Shown here piece after piece: positions 46,782 through 56,420 of a stretch of DNA of 64,000 nt (its first letter is position 1; every line of letters starts with the position of its first letter). The notes under the pieces were generated by a model. The model had not been told where the DNA came from, did no database searches, and saw nothing but the letters and a program-made list of their open reading frames with translations. Source of the stretch: Candidatus Uhrbacteria bacterium (GTDB lineage: Bacteria; Patescibacteriota; Patescibacteriia; UBA9934); assembly GCA_943350635.1 (NCBI GenBank), contig CALRAI010000001.1, positions 4,051 to 68,050 on the forward strand, given 5' to 3'. The position numbers and the translations under genes are program-made.

Positions 46782-48026
46782 ATGCAAAAGGATTTGCTCA
46801 AGCAACACTATCCTGCGTTCGTTATCGGTTTTGTCGGTGCGTTATTGTGTCAGATTGTCATTATCGGCATCGCGGCAGGATTGTATGTTGGTACGCCGCT
46901 CAAACAGGTAGTTCGTGAAAAACTTCAATCGATCGTAGAAAAAGCAGTAACCGATAAAAATCTTACAGATTCTGCTGGGCAACATTCGGATGTTATCGAC
47001 GTGGTGGACGCGGTGAACCCCGCTGTTGTTTCTATAGTGATCAGCAAAGACGTGCCAAAAATGGAACAGATTTTTAACCAAGGAAATCCATCAAGTCCAT
47101 TTGGAATGTTTGGATTAAATTTCCCGCAGTACCAACAAAATGGTACGGAAGAAAAAGAAATTGGCGGCGGAAGTGGATTTATTGTGTCTGAAGACGGATA
47201 CATCGTCACGAACGCTCACGTGGTAAGCGATAAAGACGCGAAATACACCGTACTTTTAAACGACGAAACCAAACACGACGCCACGGTGGTTGCTGCAGAT
47301 GCCACGCTCGACATTGCTGTACTCAAAATTGATTCCACGGGATTGCCGTTCCTTGAGTTTGGTGATTCGGACACGGTGAAAGTCGGTCAATCTGTGGTGG
47401 CTATTGGAAATGCGTTAGGGCAATTCCGCAACACGGTTTCGGTAGGAGTTATTTCCGGACTTGCGCGATCAATTACCGCCGGAGACAATAATGGATCGGA
47501 ATTCTTGTCCGACGTGTTGCAAACAGACGCCGCAATTAATCCTGGAAATTCCGGTGGTCCGTTACTCGATTTATCAGGGAAGGTGATTGGTGTGAACGTA
47601 GCCACGAGCAGTGGAGGGGAAAATATTTCCTTCTCGTTGCCAAGTAATTTGGTTCGCGCCACCGTAGAGTCCATTGAAAAAAATGGGAAAGTCGTTACCG
47701 CATACCTTGGTGTGCGATATGTGATGATCGATGCGGAATATGCAAAGGCGAACACCATCGCTGTTGATCATGGCGCTCTAGTGCAGCGTGGCGATGACGG
47801 AAAGACAGTTGCGGTGATTCCAGGATCCCCGGCAGACAAAGCGGGTATTGAGGAGAACGATATTATCATCACTGTCGACGACGTAACACTCGACGAAAAT
47901 CACCCGTTGCACGTGGTACTTCGTCAAAAAACCGTTGGCGATGTGATTACCATGAAGGTATTACACGACGGCGTTGAAAAAACGGTTACTGCAACGCTTG
48001 CCGAACGACCAGCAGAAACGGAATAA
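46782..48026 (+). CDS. HtrA/DegP-like serine protease with PDZ
   Basis: TNAHVV, DIAVLK, INPGNSGGPL. Confidence 0.95.
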   Translation: MQKDLLKQHYPAFVIGFVGALLCQIVIIGIAAGLYVGTPLKQVVREKLQSIVEKAVTDKNLTDSAGQHSDVIDVVDAVNPAVVSIVISKDVPKMEQIFNQGNPSSPFGMFGLNFPQYQQNGTEEKEIGGGSGFIVSEDGYIVTNAHVVSDKDAKYTVLLNDETKHDATVVAADATLDIAVLKIDSTGLPFLEFGDSDTVKVGQSVVAIGNALGQFRNTVSVGVISGLARSITAGDNNGSEFLSDVLQTDAAINPGNSGGPLLDLSGKVIGVNVATSSGGENISFSLPSNLVRATVESIEKNGKVVTAYLGVRYVMIDAEYAKANTIAVDHGALVQRGDDGKTVAVIPGSPADKAGIEENDIIITVDDVTLDENHPLHVVLRQKTVGDVITMKVLHDGVEKTVTATLAERPAETE

Positions 48027-48046
48027 GTAGTGTACGATGGGTGCAT

Positions 48047-48934
48047 ATGAAACACCCCATCTCCATTGCACTGTTCAGCTTGGCGGGCATTCTTGGCATA
48101 ATGTTGATATGTTTATTCATTTTTCGACCCTGGAATGGTGCGGTGATTCCAAAAGATTGGACAACAAATGGCGACGAGAACGTTCCCCCTATCGTTCCAG
48201 GCAACGGAGGCGATGCGGTAGTGGTACCTACGGAGATAGTGTCAACGTCTGGAAATATTGCAGTATCGAGCCCTGCCGCGAACGCAACAATTGGCTTACC
48301 ATTGGTATTTGTTGGAAAAGCTCGAGTATTTGAAAGTGTCTTCAATTATCGACTGCTCGACACAAACGGGGACGAGCTTGTTACCGGACATGCCATGAGC
48401 AATGCGCCAGATATGGGGGAGTTTGGATACTTCACCGTGACAACGAGCTACAACAAGCCAAACGGAACCACAGGAACGCTCGAAGTATTCGCATATAGCG
48501 CAAAAGATGGTTCTGTCATTGATTTGGTTTCTGTGCCGGTAGTCTTTCCTGTGGTTGAGTCGATGGTGGTGAAGACGTATTGGCTGGAAAGCGGTGAAAC
48601 GGATTGCGACACCGTTGTTGCAACAAAACGACGTGTGCCAAAAACAGTCGCCACTGCTCATGCGGCACTTACGGAATTACTTTCTGGCCCAGGTGGCACA
48701 GAATCCGCGCAGAATCTCACTACATCCATTCCTTCCGGCGTCACCATTACATCACTGTCCATTACGGACGGTGTTGCAACAGTAGTCTTCTCGAGCGGCC
48801 TTGAAACCGGCGGTTCGTGTCGTGTGACATCGATTCGTGCGCAGATCGAAGCGACATTGAAGCAATTTTCAACCGTCACGTCGGTGGTGATCTCGACGGC
48901 TGGAAAAACACCAGAGGAATCATTGCAGCCGTAA
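48047..48934 (+). CDS. Gmad2 Ig-like plus GerMN domain protein
   Basis: G.ARVFE, ALTELL.GP, QI.ATL.QF..V..V. Confidence 0.8.
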   Translation: MKHPISIALFSLAGILGIMLICLFIFRPWNGAVIPKDWTTNGDENVPPIVPGNGGDAVVVPTEIVSTSGNIAVSSPAANATIGLPLVFVGKARVFESVFNYRLLDTNGDELVTGHAMSNAPDMGEFGYFTVTTSYNKPNGTTGTLEVFAYSAKDGSVIDLVSVPVVFPVVESMVVKTYWLESGETDCDTVVATKRRVPKTVATAHAALTELLSGPGGTESAQNLTTSIPSGVTITSLSITDGVATVVFSSGLETGGSCRVTSIRAQIEATLKQFSTVTSVVISTAGKTPEESLQP

Positions 48935-48949
48935 TAATAAATCACAAAC

Positions 48950-48982
48950 AAAAAAACTCCCCGATTGCTCGGGGAGTTTTTT
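48950..48982. terminator. Bidirectional intrinsic terminator
   Basis: AAAAAACTCCCCGA-TTGC-TCGGGGAGTTTTTT between convergent genes. Confidence 0.8.
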
Positions 48983-48993
48983 GAATGAACTGT

Positions 48994-49284
48994 TTAGAGA
49001 AGAGCTTCCTTTGCAGCCTTGCTCACGCCGAACTTGAGAACGGTGCGTGCAGGGATCTTGATGGTTGCACCCGTTGCTGGGTTGCGACCCATACGTGCGG
49101 CACGCTGCTTCTTGACCATCTTTCCAAGGCCTGGGAATGCAACTTCACCAGCGCGCTTGATTTCTCCGTAGATGAGTGCAACGAAGCTGTCGTACATTTC
49201 ACCAGCTTGCTTCTTGCTTACTCCCCAACGTTCTGAAAGTTCTGCCATGATCTGAGACTTGGTCAAACGCTTTGCTGCTGCCAT
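48994..49284 (-). CDS. hup: HU family DNA-binding protein
   Basis: PGLGK...RAARMGRNPATGATIKIPA. Confidence 0.95.
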   Translation of the reverse strand: MAAAKRLTKSQIMAELSERWGVSKKQAGEMYDSFVALIYGEIKRAGEVAFPGLGKMVKKQRAARMGRNPATGATIKIPARTVLKFGVSKAAKEALL

Positions 49285-49311
49285 AGAATGTTGGGCTTCC
49301 TTATTTCGCCC

Positions 49312-49392
49312 ATTTTCGGCTTGCACCGTCGAAAATTTTTTCAACGTACAACGAAGTACGTCTCAAACATTTTCTTGATGCGCACCGAAACT
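49312..49392. repeat. Hairpin repeat family C, copy 3
   Basis: Same core as 4128-4208. Confidence 0.75.
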
Positions 49393-49545
49393 GGTCTGAA
49401 ATAAGAAACCCCAGTTAGTAAATTAAATGATTACGTCGGAAAGCTTAGCAATTTTCACACTTCACCGAAAGCAGGTTATTCACAGGGGGAAAATGGTTGC
49501 GTGAATATCTCATTTCAGATATGAAGAGAGTAAGAAAATTTTTAT

Positions 49546-50757
49546 ATGTCCTTTTGGCAATTTTGGCAACGCGAAAAACGAGGAATAACTATGCTTGTGT
49601 TTGCGTTGAGCGGCACGGCAATTGCGTGTACGTATTTCTGGTTCCGTTCAGTACCGCTTTCTGTTTCTGCGGTGACACCACGAGTGAATAGCGCAGTGGA
49701 CGCGGTGCTTGCAGCGCGAAACGCAGTAGCGCTTTCTCAAGACGATGTGCAATTTGGGAACGATCAAACGGTGAATATTCTGGTGCTCGGAATGGATTCA
49801 CGCAAAGAAGGAATTGAACAACACTGTGACGCGATCCACATGGTGTCCGTCAACACGAAAGATTGGACGGTGCTAGTGACGAGTGTGCCGCGAGGAACCT
49901 ACGCGTACATTCCTCCGGGAAATTATAACGACAACGAATATTATCTTTCGAACGCCTGTGCGTTTGCGGGGATTGATTACGGCGTGAGTCAGATTGAACG
50001 CGTTGTTGGTGTGAAAGCAGACTATGTGGCAACGGTAGGATTTTCTCAGCTCCTTGGTATTCTCCGAACCATCGAATTGCCAACCACCGAAAGTTTGCAG
50101 TGGCTTCGTACTCGTCAGGCGTACAAAATTGGGGATCCACAACGGAGCAAGAACCAAGCAGTATTTTTGAAGGATGTTGCATTGAAGCTGCTGGAGGGTG
50201 ATGGTATTCCCGACGTAGTATTCCGCATGCTGTACCGTTTCGTGGATACGGATATGAGCGAGTCAACGGCACGAGCCTTGTACGACGGATTGCTCTTACA
50301 CACGATTCGCGATCGCCCACACGACATCGCGCTTGTGATGAAGCCGCATTACGACGTAAAAGAGATTCATTTCGATCCTGAGAACGCCAGTGAGCAAATT
50401 GACGCCTTGCTTGCAAAACTTCGTGGGCGTTTAAACTCGTTCGATCTGGCGAATCGCACCATCGACGACGTGCAACACGATTTGGGAGTGTATTTGGAGA
50501 ATGTTCTGGACGGTAAGGAAGGATCCATCAGCGACGTCGTCAGTCAGCAATTGTGGTTGCAGGTGGAAGACGAAGGCCAGCGAGAGGCGTTCCAGTATCG
50601 ATATACTGAGGCGTATGCTTTGAAGCTGAACGAGTCGAATAATGCTGCTGCAGTGCAATATGTTGCGGACTACATTCTAGAGAAACACACGCTCGGATTG
50701 TTGGTGTGGGAAATGAAGGGGAGAGCGTTGTTGGAAGGATTCGTGGGTAAGAAATAA
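49546..50757 (+). CDS. LCP (LytR-CpsA-Psr) family protein
   Basis: NILVLGMDSR, DAIHMV, SVPR, R.R...GD..R..NQ. Confidence 0.8.
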   Translation: MSFWQFWQREKRGITMLVFALSGTAIACTYFWFRSVPLSVSAVTPRVNSAVDAVLAARNAVALSQDDVQFGNDQTVNILVLGMDSRKEGIEQHCDAIHMVSVNTKDWTVLVTSVPRGTYAYIPPGNYNDNEYYLSNACAFAGIDYGVSQIERVVGVKADYVATVGFSQLLGILRTIELPTTESLQWLRTRQAYKIGDPQRSKNQAVFLKDVALKLLEGDGIPDVVFRMLYRFVDTDMSESTARALYDGLLLHTIRDRPHDIALVMKPHYDVKEIHFDPENASEQIDALLAKLRGRLNSFDLANRTIDDVQHDLGVYLENVLDGKEGSISDVVSQQLWLQVEDEGQREAFQYRYTEAYALKLNESNNAAAVQYVADYILEKHTLGLLVWEMKGRALLEGFVGKK

Positions 50758-50767
50758 GAGAAGAAAC

Positions 50768-50800
50768 AAAAAACTCCTCGATCGCTCGAGGAGTTTTTTG
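50768..50800. terminator. Bidirectional intrinsic terminator
   Basis: AAAAACTCCTCGA-TCGC-TCGAGGAGTTTTTT. Confidence 0.8.
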
Positions 50801-50809
50801 ATGAATTGA

Positions 50810-51040
50810 TTATTCAATGAAGTAGCGAAGATCAAGTTTGCTTCCGGCCGCGACCCATTTTGCAAGGGTACGGATACCACGGCTGCTCACCATGAGCACA
50901 ACAGGCTTGCCCGTTGCTGGATTGATCACGGTTTTCTTTTGCAAATTTGGCATCTGGCGACGCTTCGATTTGACGTTGGAATGGCTGACGTTGTTTCCCG
51001 TCAGTGGCGTTTTGCCAGTAATCATGCAGACTTTGCTCAT
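50810..51040 (-). CDS. rpmB: 50S ribosomal protein L28
   Basis: MSKVCMITGK...GNNVSHSN...RR..PNLQ. Confidence 0.97.
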   Translation of the reverse strand: MSKVCMITGKTPLTGNNVSHSNVKSKRRQMPNLQKKTVINPATGKPVVLMVSSRGIRTLAKWVAAGSKLDLRYFIE

Positions 51041-51126
51041 AGAAAATACTTGGTTTCGAATGCCGGAATGCTACCTGAACCCCAAGAATTTGGCAAGGAC
51101 TAGCCATGCTATACTGTGAACAATGT

Positions 51127-52479
51127 ATGGAGGAACATACGTCAAAATCCAAGGCGCTGGCGCATGTTGTCGCGGTGAATATGGGGTATGGCCACGAGCG
51201 GGCGGCGTTTGCGTTGCGACATTTGGCGCCCGGGGGAAATATTACGGTAGCGAATGATTATCCGGGGATTCCGGATCGGGAACGCAGGCTATGGAGTGCA
51301 GGGAAGGGATTCTATGAGTTTGTATCGCGATTCAAGAATGTGCCGTTGCTGGGGACTGCAGCATTTGGAATTTTAGACGGCATGCAGCGTATTCCGGAGT
51401 TTTATCCAAAGTGCGATTTATCCAAGCCAAGTTTACAGGTTCGGCAAACGTACGCGCTCATTCGATCGCAGGGCATGTGTCGGGATCTCATCAGCCGATT
51501 CGCCGAGCGACCATTACCGATAGTATCGACATTTTTTACTCCCGCATTTGCCGCGGAAGAATTTGGATATCCGGAAGACATTTACATCGTGCTTTGCGAC
51601 GCCGATGTGAGCCGAGCATGGGTTCCGCTTAATCCAAAGAAAAGTAGAATCAAATATCTTGCGCCAACAGGACGAGTGGTTGAACGATTAAAACTGTACG
51701 GTGTCAAAGAAAAAAATATTACGTTGACGGGATTTCCGTTGCCGTACGAATCGGTGGGCGGCTCGCATTCGCCGGAATATGTTCGCGCCGATTTGTGCAG
51801 ACGCATGTGTAATTTGGATCCTCACGGGAATTTTGTTGCTAAAGCACAAACACTGCTTGATGCAACATTTGGTGGAAGACATTGTGCAATGAAGCCAAGC
51901 ACGCCGAGTATCACCTTTGCCGTGGGTGGTGCAGGAACGCAGCGAGAGCTTGTTGCATTGGCACTGCGATCGTTGGCGGAAAGTATTCGCAAGAATCGAA
52001 TAACCGTAAATCTCGTTGCGGGAACCAGACCCGAAGTGAATGAATATTTTGAACGTGAAGTACGATTATGCGGTTTGGTTGCGGCGCAGCGTGCAGGAAA
52101 GGTGTCGATTCTTTTTGAAACGGATCGTCCAAAATACTTTTCGTCGTTTACCAAACTCATGCGCAAGACGGACATGTTGTGGACGAAGCCTTCCGAACTT
52201 TCATTTTACACAGGGCTTGCACTTCCGATTATTATGGCGCCAACGGTGGGAAGTCAGGAAGATTTTAATCGCGCGTGGCTTACCTATGTTGGCGGGGGAG
52301 CCGATGGCTTAGCGCCGCAATACATGAACGAGTGGTTGTTCGACTGGATAGCGAGTGGCGCATTGGCACGCATGGCATGGAGTGGATTTACGAACGCACC
52401 AACACATGGCGCGTATCGCATTGAATCGCTGCTTCGTGGTGACGAAAGCGTGTGGCGAAGTTTACCGATTGTTGTTTGA
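51127..52479 (+). CDS. GT-B glycosyltransferase-like protein
   Basis: MGYGHERAA, VGGAG, LWTKPSE, GSQE..N. Confidence 0.6.
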   Translation: MEEHTSKSKALAHVVAVNMGYGHERAAFALRHLAPGGNITVANDYPGIPDRERRLWSAGKGFYEFVSRFKNVPLLGTAAFGILDGMQRIPEFYPKCDLSKPSLQVRQTYALIRSQGMCRDLISRFAERPLPIVSTFFTPAFAAEEFGYPEDIYIVLCDADVSRAWVPLNPKKSRIKYLAPTGRVVERLKLYGVKEKNITLTGFPLPYESVGGSHSPEYVRADLCRRMCNLDPHGNFVAKAQTLLDATFGGRHCAMKPSTPSITFAVGGAGTQRELVALALRSLAESIRKNRITVNLVAGTRPEVNEYFEREVRLCGLVAAQRAGKVSILFETDRPKYFSSFTKLMRKTDMLWTKPSELSFYTGLALPIIMAPTVGSQEDFNRAWLTYVGGGADGLAPQYMNEWLFDWIASGALARMAWSGFTNAPTHGAYRIESLLRGDESVWRSLPIVV

Positions 52480-52480
52480 T

Positions 52481-53887
52481 ATGCCAGCAAAAAAGATTGC
52501 ACGCAAAACCGGATTTGATGTGGTGATTATCGGCGGGGGATCCGCCGGGCTTTCGGCGGCGTTCGCTGCGCGTCAAGAAGACGCGAGTGTTGCGATTGTT
52601 TCAATGGAGAAGCTTGGAGGGAGTTGTCCGAACTACGCATGCGTGCCGACGAAATCGATGTTGGCTGCCGCGGTGCGATACGACGATATTCGGAGAAATG
52701 CATCGATGTTTGGTATCGATGTGAAAGGCATACGGTTCAATCTTGCGGCGATGATGGAGCGAAAAGATGCGGTGGTGAATGCCATGACCGGACATCGTCG
52801 GTTAGAAAAGATTTTAGAAAGCGAGAAGGTGACGATTTTTCGCGGCGCAGCAAGTTTTATCGACGACGAATCGATTCGTGTGGGGACGCATATTGTGAGC
52901 GCAAAAACATTCGTGATTGCAACAGGAACCGTGCCAAGAATTCCGCCAATTGCGGGAATTGACACGGTGCCATACTGGACACCGCGTGACGCAACACAAA
53001 TCACAGAGCTTCCTGAGTCGATTGCAATTTTGGGGAGTGGCCCGATCGGGTGTGAATTTGCCACATTTTTTTCCTTGCTTGGCATTCCGGTGATTGTGTT
53101 CGATATTGCAAGCAGGCCAATGCCTCGTGAAGATGCGGAAACTGCGGCACTTGCCACAAAAGCGCTTATGCATCGCGGCGTGGTGTTTCATGAAGATACT
53201 CGCGTGCTCGGCGTCGCAAAGAGTGGAGATCATCTTCGGCTCACGTATCAGACAGGATCCGCAATGCGGAAGACGATTCGTGTGGAAAAACTTCTCGTTG
53301 CTTCTGGCTGCGCACCAAACATCGAATCATTGAATCTCGACGCTGCGGGAGTAAAACGAAAGACGATGCATGGGATAACAATCGAAACAACGATGAAGGT
53401 GAAGGGAAAGCCGATCTTTTTTGCGGGCGATGTGACGGGACTTATTGCGTATACGCACACCGCGCACCACGAAGGAGTCGTTGCTGGAAAGAATGCGGCG
53501 CTGTTGGCGCGAGGCGTAAAGAAGCTGGAAAGCGTGGATCTTCGTGTGGTGCCACGTGCGGTGTTTGTTTCGCCAGAACTGGCATCCGTTGGAGTAATGA
53601 TCGATGATCTCGTCGCACAGAAAAAACAATTCACCATTTGGAAGTTTCCGGTTGGCGCACTCGGCCGATCTGTTATTGAAGGCGAACGGACTGGTTTGCT
53701 CAAGGTGTTCGTGGAGAAGAAGTCGAATTTGGTGCTTGGGGCTTCAATGCTTGGCGATCGTGCTGGGGAAGTGATTCACGAGCTGGCGCTGGCAATGTAT
53801 GCCGGCATTCCGTTTGACGATGTGCAACGCATGATCCACGCCTATCCAACGATGAACGAAGCGATTCCTGGACTGATTCCTGCCTAG
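52481..53887 (+). CDS. Pyridine nucleotide-disulfide oxidoreductase (Lpd/MerA family)
   Basis: GGGSAG, GGSCPNYACVPTK, GSGPIG.E, HAYPTMNE. Confidence 0.9.
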   Translation: MPAKKIARKTGFDVVIIGGGSAGLSAAFAARQEDASVAIVSMEKLGGSCPNYACVPTKSMLAAAVRYDDIRRNASMFGIDVKGIRFNLAAMMERKDAVVNAMTGHRRLEKILESEKVTIFRGAASFIDDESIRVGTHIVSAKTFVIATGTVPRIPPIAGIDTVPYWTPRDATQITELPESIAILGSGPIGCEFATFFSLLGIPVIVFDIASRPMPREDAETAALATKALMHRGVVFHEDTRVLGVAKSGDHLRLTYQTGSAMRKTIRVEKLLVASGCAPNIESLNLDAAGVKRKTMHGITIETTMKVKGKPIFFAGDVTGLIAYTHTAHHEGVVAGKNAALLARGVKKLESVDLRVVPRAVFVSPELASVGVMIDDLVAQKKQFTIWKFPVGALGRSVIEGERTGLLKVFVEKKSNLVLGASMLGDRAGEVIHELALAMYAGIPFDDVQRMIHAYPTMNEAIPGLIPA

Positions 53888-53906
53888 TGGTTACGCTGGT
53901 TGGTAT

Positions 53907-54950
53907 ATGCCTTTGTGGTGGCCTGTTCCTGTTGCTGTTGCGTTTCTCCTCTCCGCGTGGCTTACGCCGGCAGCGCGATTGATTGCGTTGCGACTTGGGG
54001 TGGTGGATTCACCGGATGGCGGCAGAAAATTGCATCGTGGGCCAACGCCACTTCTTGGTGGTTTGGCGATTATTACGAGCTTTATTCTTGTGACGGTTAT
54101 TGTCCTGCTCTCATCATCCGAGCTTACAAGCGGCGCGATCACCTTCAAACATTTCATCGGATTCTTCCTTGGAATCGGTATTCTCACGATTGGTGGGGTC
54201 GTGGACGATCGATTTTCGACTTCCGCAAAATACTCCATGGCGCTATTTATTCTTGCTTCTTTTGTTGCAGTTCTTGGAGGAATCAATGTTGCGAAGCTCA
54301 CGAATCCGTTTGGCGGCGTCATTATTCTAGCGCCGATTGTTGCATCGGCTGTGGCATTCATTTGGATTCTTGCCATGACGATGACGACGAAGCTTCTCGA
54401 CGGTGTTGATGGCTTAGCATCGAGCGTTGCGCTTGTGGGTTCAGTTATGATTGCTGCGCTCGCACTGACTCCTACGTACTTTCAGTCCGACGTTGCATTA
54501 CTTTCCCTGATCTTTGCGGCGTCGATTCTTGGTTTCTTACTCTGGAATTGGTACCCGGCGCATATTTTCTTGGGGGAATCGGGGAGCACGGTGCTTGGAT
54601 TCACGGTGGGCGTGCTCTCGGTGATTGCGGGAAGCAAAATGGCAACGGCACTCCTTGTGCTTGGTATTCCAGCTATTGATGTGGGTGTTGTGGCATTTCG
54701 CAGGTGGCGCAAGGGAAAGAATCCGTTTACCACAGCAGACAGAACGCACTTCCATTTGATGCTCCGCGATGCGGGGCTGTTACCGTGGCAAGTGGCGCTG
54801 CTGTATGCGGTGATTGCCTGTGTTTTTGGAGTAACGAGTCTGGTTTTTGCTAGCTGGCAGAAGGTGATTGCGCTGGGAATTTTAGGAATATTGGCCATTT
54901 TTGGCATGATGCTGTTGGCAAAACACCTTGACGATTCGCGGGCTTCCTGA
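53907..54950 (+). CDS. MraY/WecA/TagO family glycosyl-1-phosphate transferase
   Basis: RKLH..PTPLLGG, DGVDGL, IFLGESG, DRTHFH. Confidence 0.9.
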   Translation: MPLWWPVPVAVAFLLSAWLTPAARLIALRLGVVDSPDGGRKLHRGPTPLLGGLAIITSFILVTVIVLLSSSELTSGAITFKHFIGFFLGIGILTIGGVVDDRFSTSAKYSMALFILASFVAVLGGINVAKLTNPFGGVIILAPIVASAVAFIWILAMTMTTKLLDGVDGLASSVALVGSVMIAALALTPTYFQSDVALLSLIFAASILGFLLWNWYPAHIFLGESGSTVLGFTVGVLSVIAGSKMATALLVLGIPAIDVGVVAFRRWRKGKNPFTTADRTHFHLMLRDAGLLPWQVALLYAVIACVFGVTSLVFASWQKVIALGILGILAIFGMMLLAKHLDDSRAS

Positions 54951-55029
54951 TAGGATTTTGGCACATTTTGGCTTGCAACAGGCAAAAAAGCGTAAGGGTT
55001 TCCTTACCGCCTTCGCAGCACAACCGCAT

Positions 55030-55341
55030 ATGTTTGCAGTAATTACCGCAGGTGGAAAACAGCACATCGTCCGCGAGGGCCAGGTGCTCAGCGTAGAAAA
55101 GATCGACATGGAAGTTGGTTCGCCACTTTCTTTCGACGTATTGCTCCTTGCTTCGGACGACGGAGCGACAGTAAAAGTTGGTACGCCAACCGTGAAGGAT
55201 GCAAAGGTAACCGCGGTTATTTCCGAGCACGGTCGTGCAGAGAAAATCTCGGTTATTAAGTACAAGCCAAAGACGCGTTATCGCCGCAACGTCGGTCATC
55301 GTCAGCCTTGGACAAAAATCACCATTCAAACCGTCGCGTAA
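55030..55341 (+). CDS. rplU: 50S ribosomal protein L21
   Basis: MFAVITAGGKQ...GHRQPWT. Confidence 0.97.
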   Translation: MFAVITAGGKQHIVREGQVLSVEKIDMEVGSPLSFDVLLLASDDGATVKVGTPTVKDAKVTAVISEHGRAEKISVIKYKPKTRYRRNVGHRQPWTKITIQTVA

Positions 55342-55349
55342 TTGCGATC

Positions 55350-55380
55350 AAAAGCTCCAGGCATTGCGCCTGGAGCTTTT
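55350..55380. terminator. Intrinsic terminator after rplU
   Basis: AAAAGCTCCAGGC-ATTGC-GCCTGGAGCTTTT. Confidence 0.75.
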
Positions 55381-55548
55381 GTGTTATTCCGATTCTTCCT
55401 CCTGTGGTATTTCAACCGTCACCCAGGAATCATCACGCGTGCAGCGATACGCTTCCCGAACGTATCGCTTTCGTCTATCTCCGGTGCTTGTGTCTTTCTT
55501 GGTGAGTCGCATGGATCGATGGCATTTTGGACATTCCATATGTGAAAA

Positions 55549-56172
55549 CTATAGCACAGCATTCGGCCATTCCTCGATCTCCGTCATTCTCGCTTCAATG
55601 GAGTCAGCGTTTCGCAGCCGCGCAATCTGCGATCGATTCAGAATCGGCGTATGTGCAATCGTCGTTAAATACTCGGGAATATACCAAATCGGTTCCTCGC
55701 CCGTCTCCCATTCTTCTCGATCAAACCGAGAAAGATCGACAGGTTTTGAAAAACTTCTCAACGTTTTCTTTCGATTCGATTGGAGAAAATACTCATGAAA
55801 GTAGCTCATAACGAGCTCACGAATTGACCGGTATACCGGCTCACGATACCGCAATACTCCATGATTCGTCTTCGATATTGCACCCCAGTAGCCGCCAATC
55901 TGAAATACGGCAATCACATGGTCTTGGTCCTGGTTTGTGGAAACAAGATCCACAATGAGCGGTCGATATCCATGAAATCGTAATACCGCCGCAGCAAACA
56001 CCGCTCCTTCAACACACTGTGCTTCTCGATCATGCAACACGCGTCGTGGAGAAGAACATGTCTCGTTGCTGCCAACAATCCGAAATCGCAATGCATTCAC
56101 AAAATCCTGAATCTTCGCCGGCGAATTCAGCGTCTTCAATATTCGTCGTTCTTCCGTGGTCCACGATGCCAT
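55549..56172 (-). CDS. Transglutaminase-like conserved protein
   Basis: AQCVEGAVFAAA, DHVIAVF, WGAISK. Confidence 0.7.
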   Translation of the reverse strand: MASWTTEERRILKTLNSPAKIQDFVNALRFRIVGSNETCSSPRRVLHDREAQCVEGAVFAAAVLRFHGYRPLIVDLVSTNQDQDHVIAVFQIGGYWGAISKTNHGVLRYREPVYRSIRELVMSYFHEYFLQSNRKKTLRSFSKPVDLSRFDREEWETGEEPIWYIPEYLTTIAHTPILNRSQIARLRNADSIEARMTEIEEWPNAVL

Positions 56173-56233
56173 AGAACTACAGTGTATCGCGATTCAAAAC
56201 ACCCACCAATTTCTTGGTGGGTGTTCTTTGGAA

Positions 56234-56332
56234 CTACGCTGCTGGTTCCTCTGCAGGAGCTGCAGTCTCTACTGGCTCAGCTTCCACTGGCTCTGCTGCT
56301 GGAGGAACGGTTGTGGTGGTATCGTCGGTCAT
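56234..56332 (-). CDS. Small acidic Pro/Ala/Glu-rich peptide (32 aa)
   Basis: MTDDTTTTVPPAAEPVEAEPVETAAPAEEPAA, followed by a terminator hairpin. Confidence 0.45.
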   Translation of the reverse strand: MTDDTTTTVPPAAEPVEAEPVETAAPAEEPAA

Positions 56333-56420
56333 ACGGTTCGAGGTTTGGAGCCATAAAGCAGGCCGCCATATCTGAGTACGCACCATAGCAGCTTAGGGGA
56401 ATAATAGATAGGGCACGATG

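Noticed and set aside
52481-53887. Mercuric reductase MerA
   Set aside because: No C-terminal Cys-Cys pair and no mer operon; left as a family-level call.
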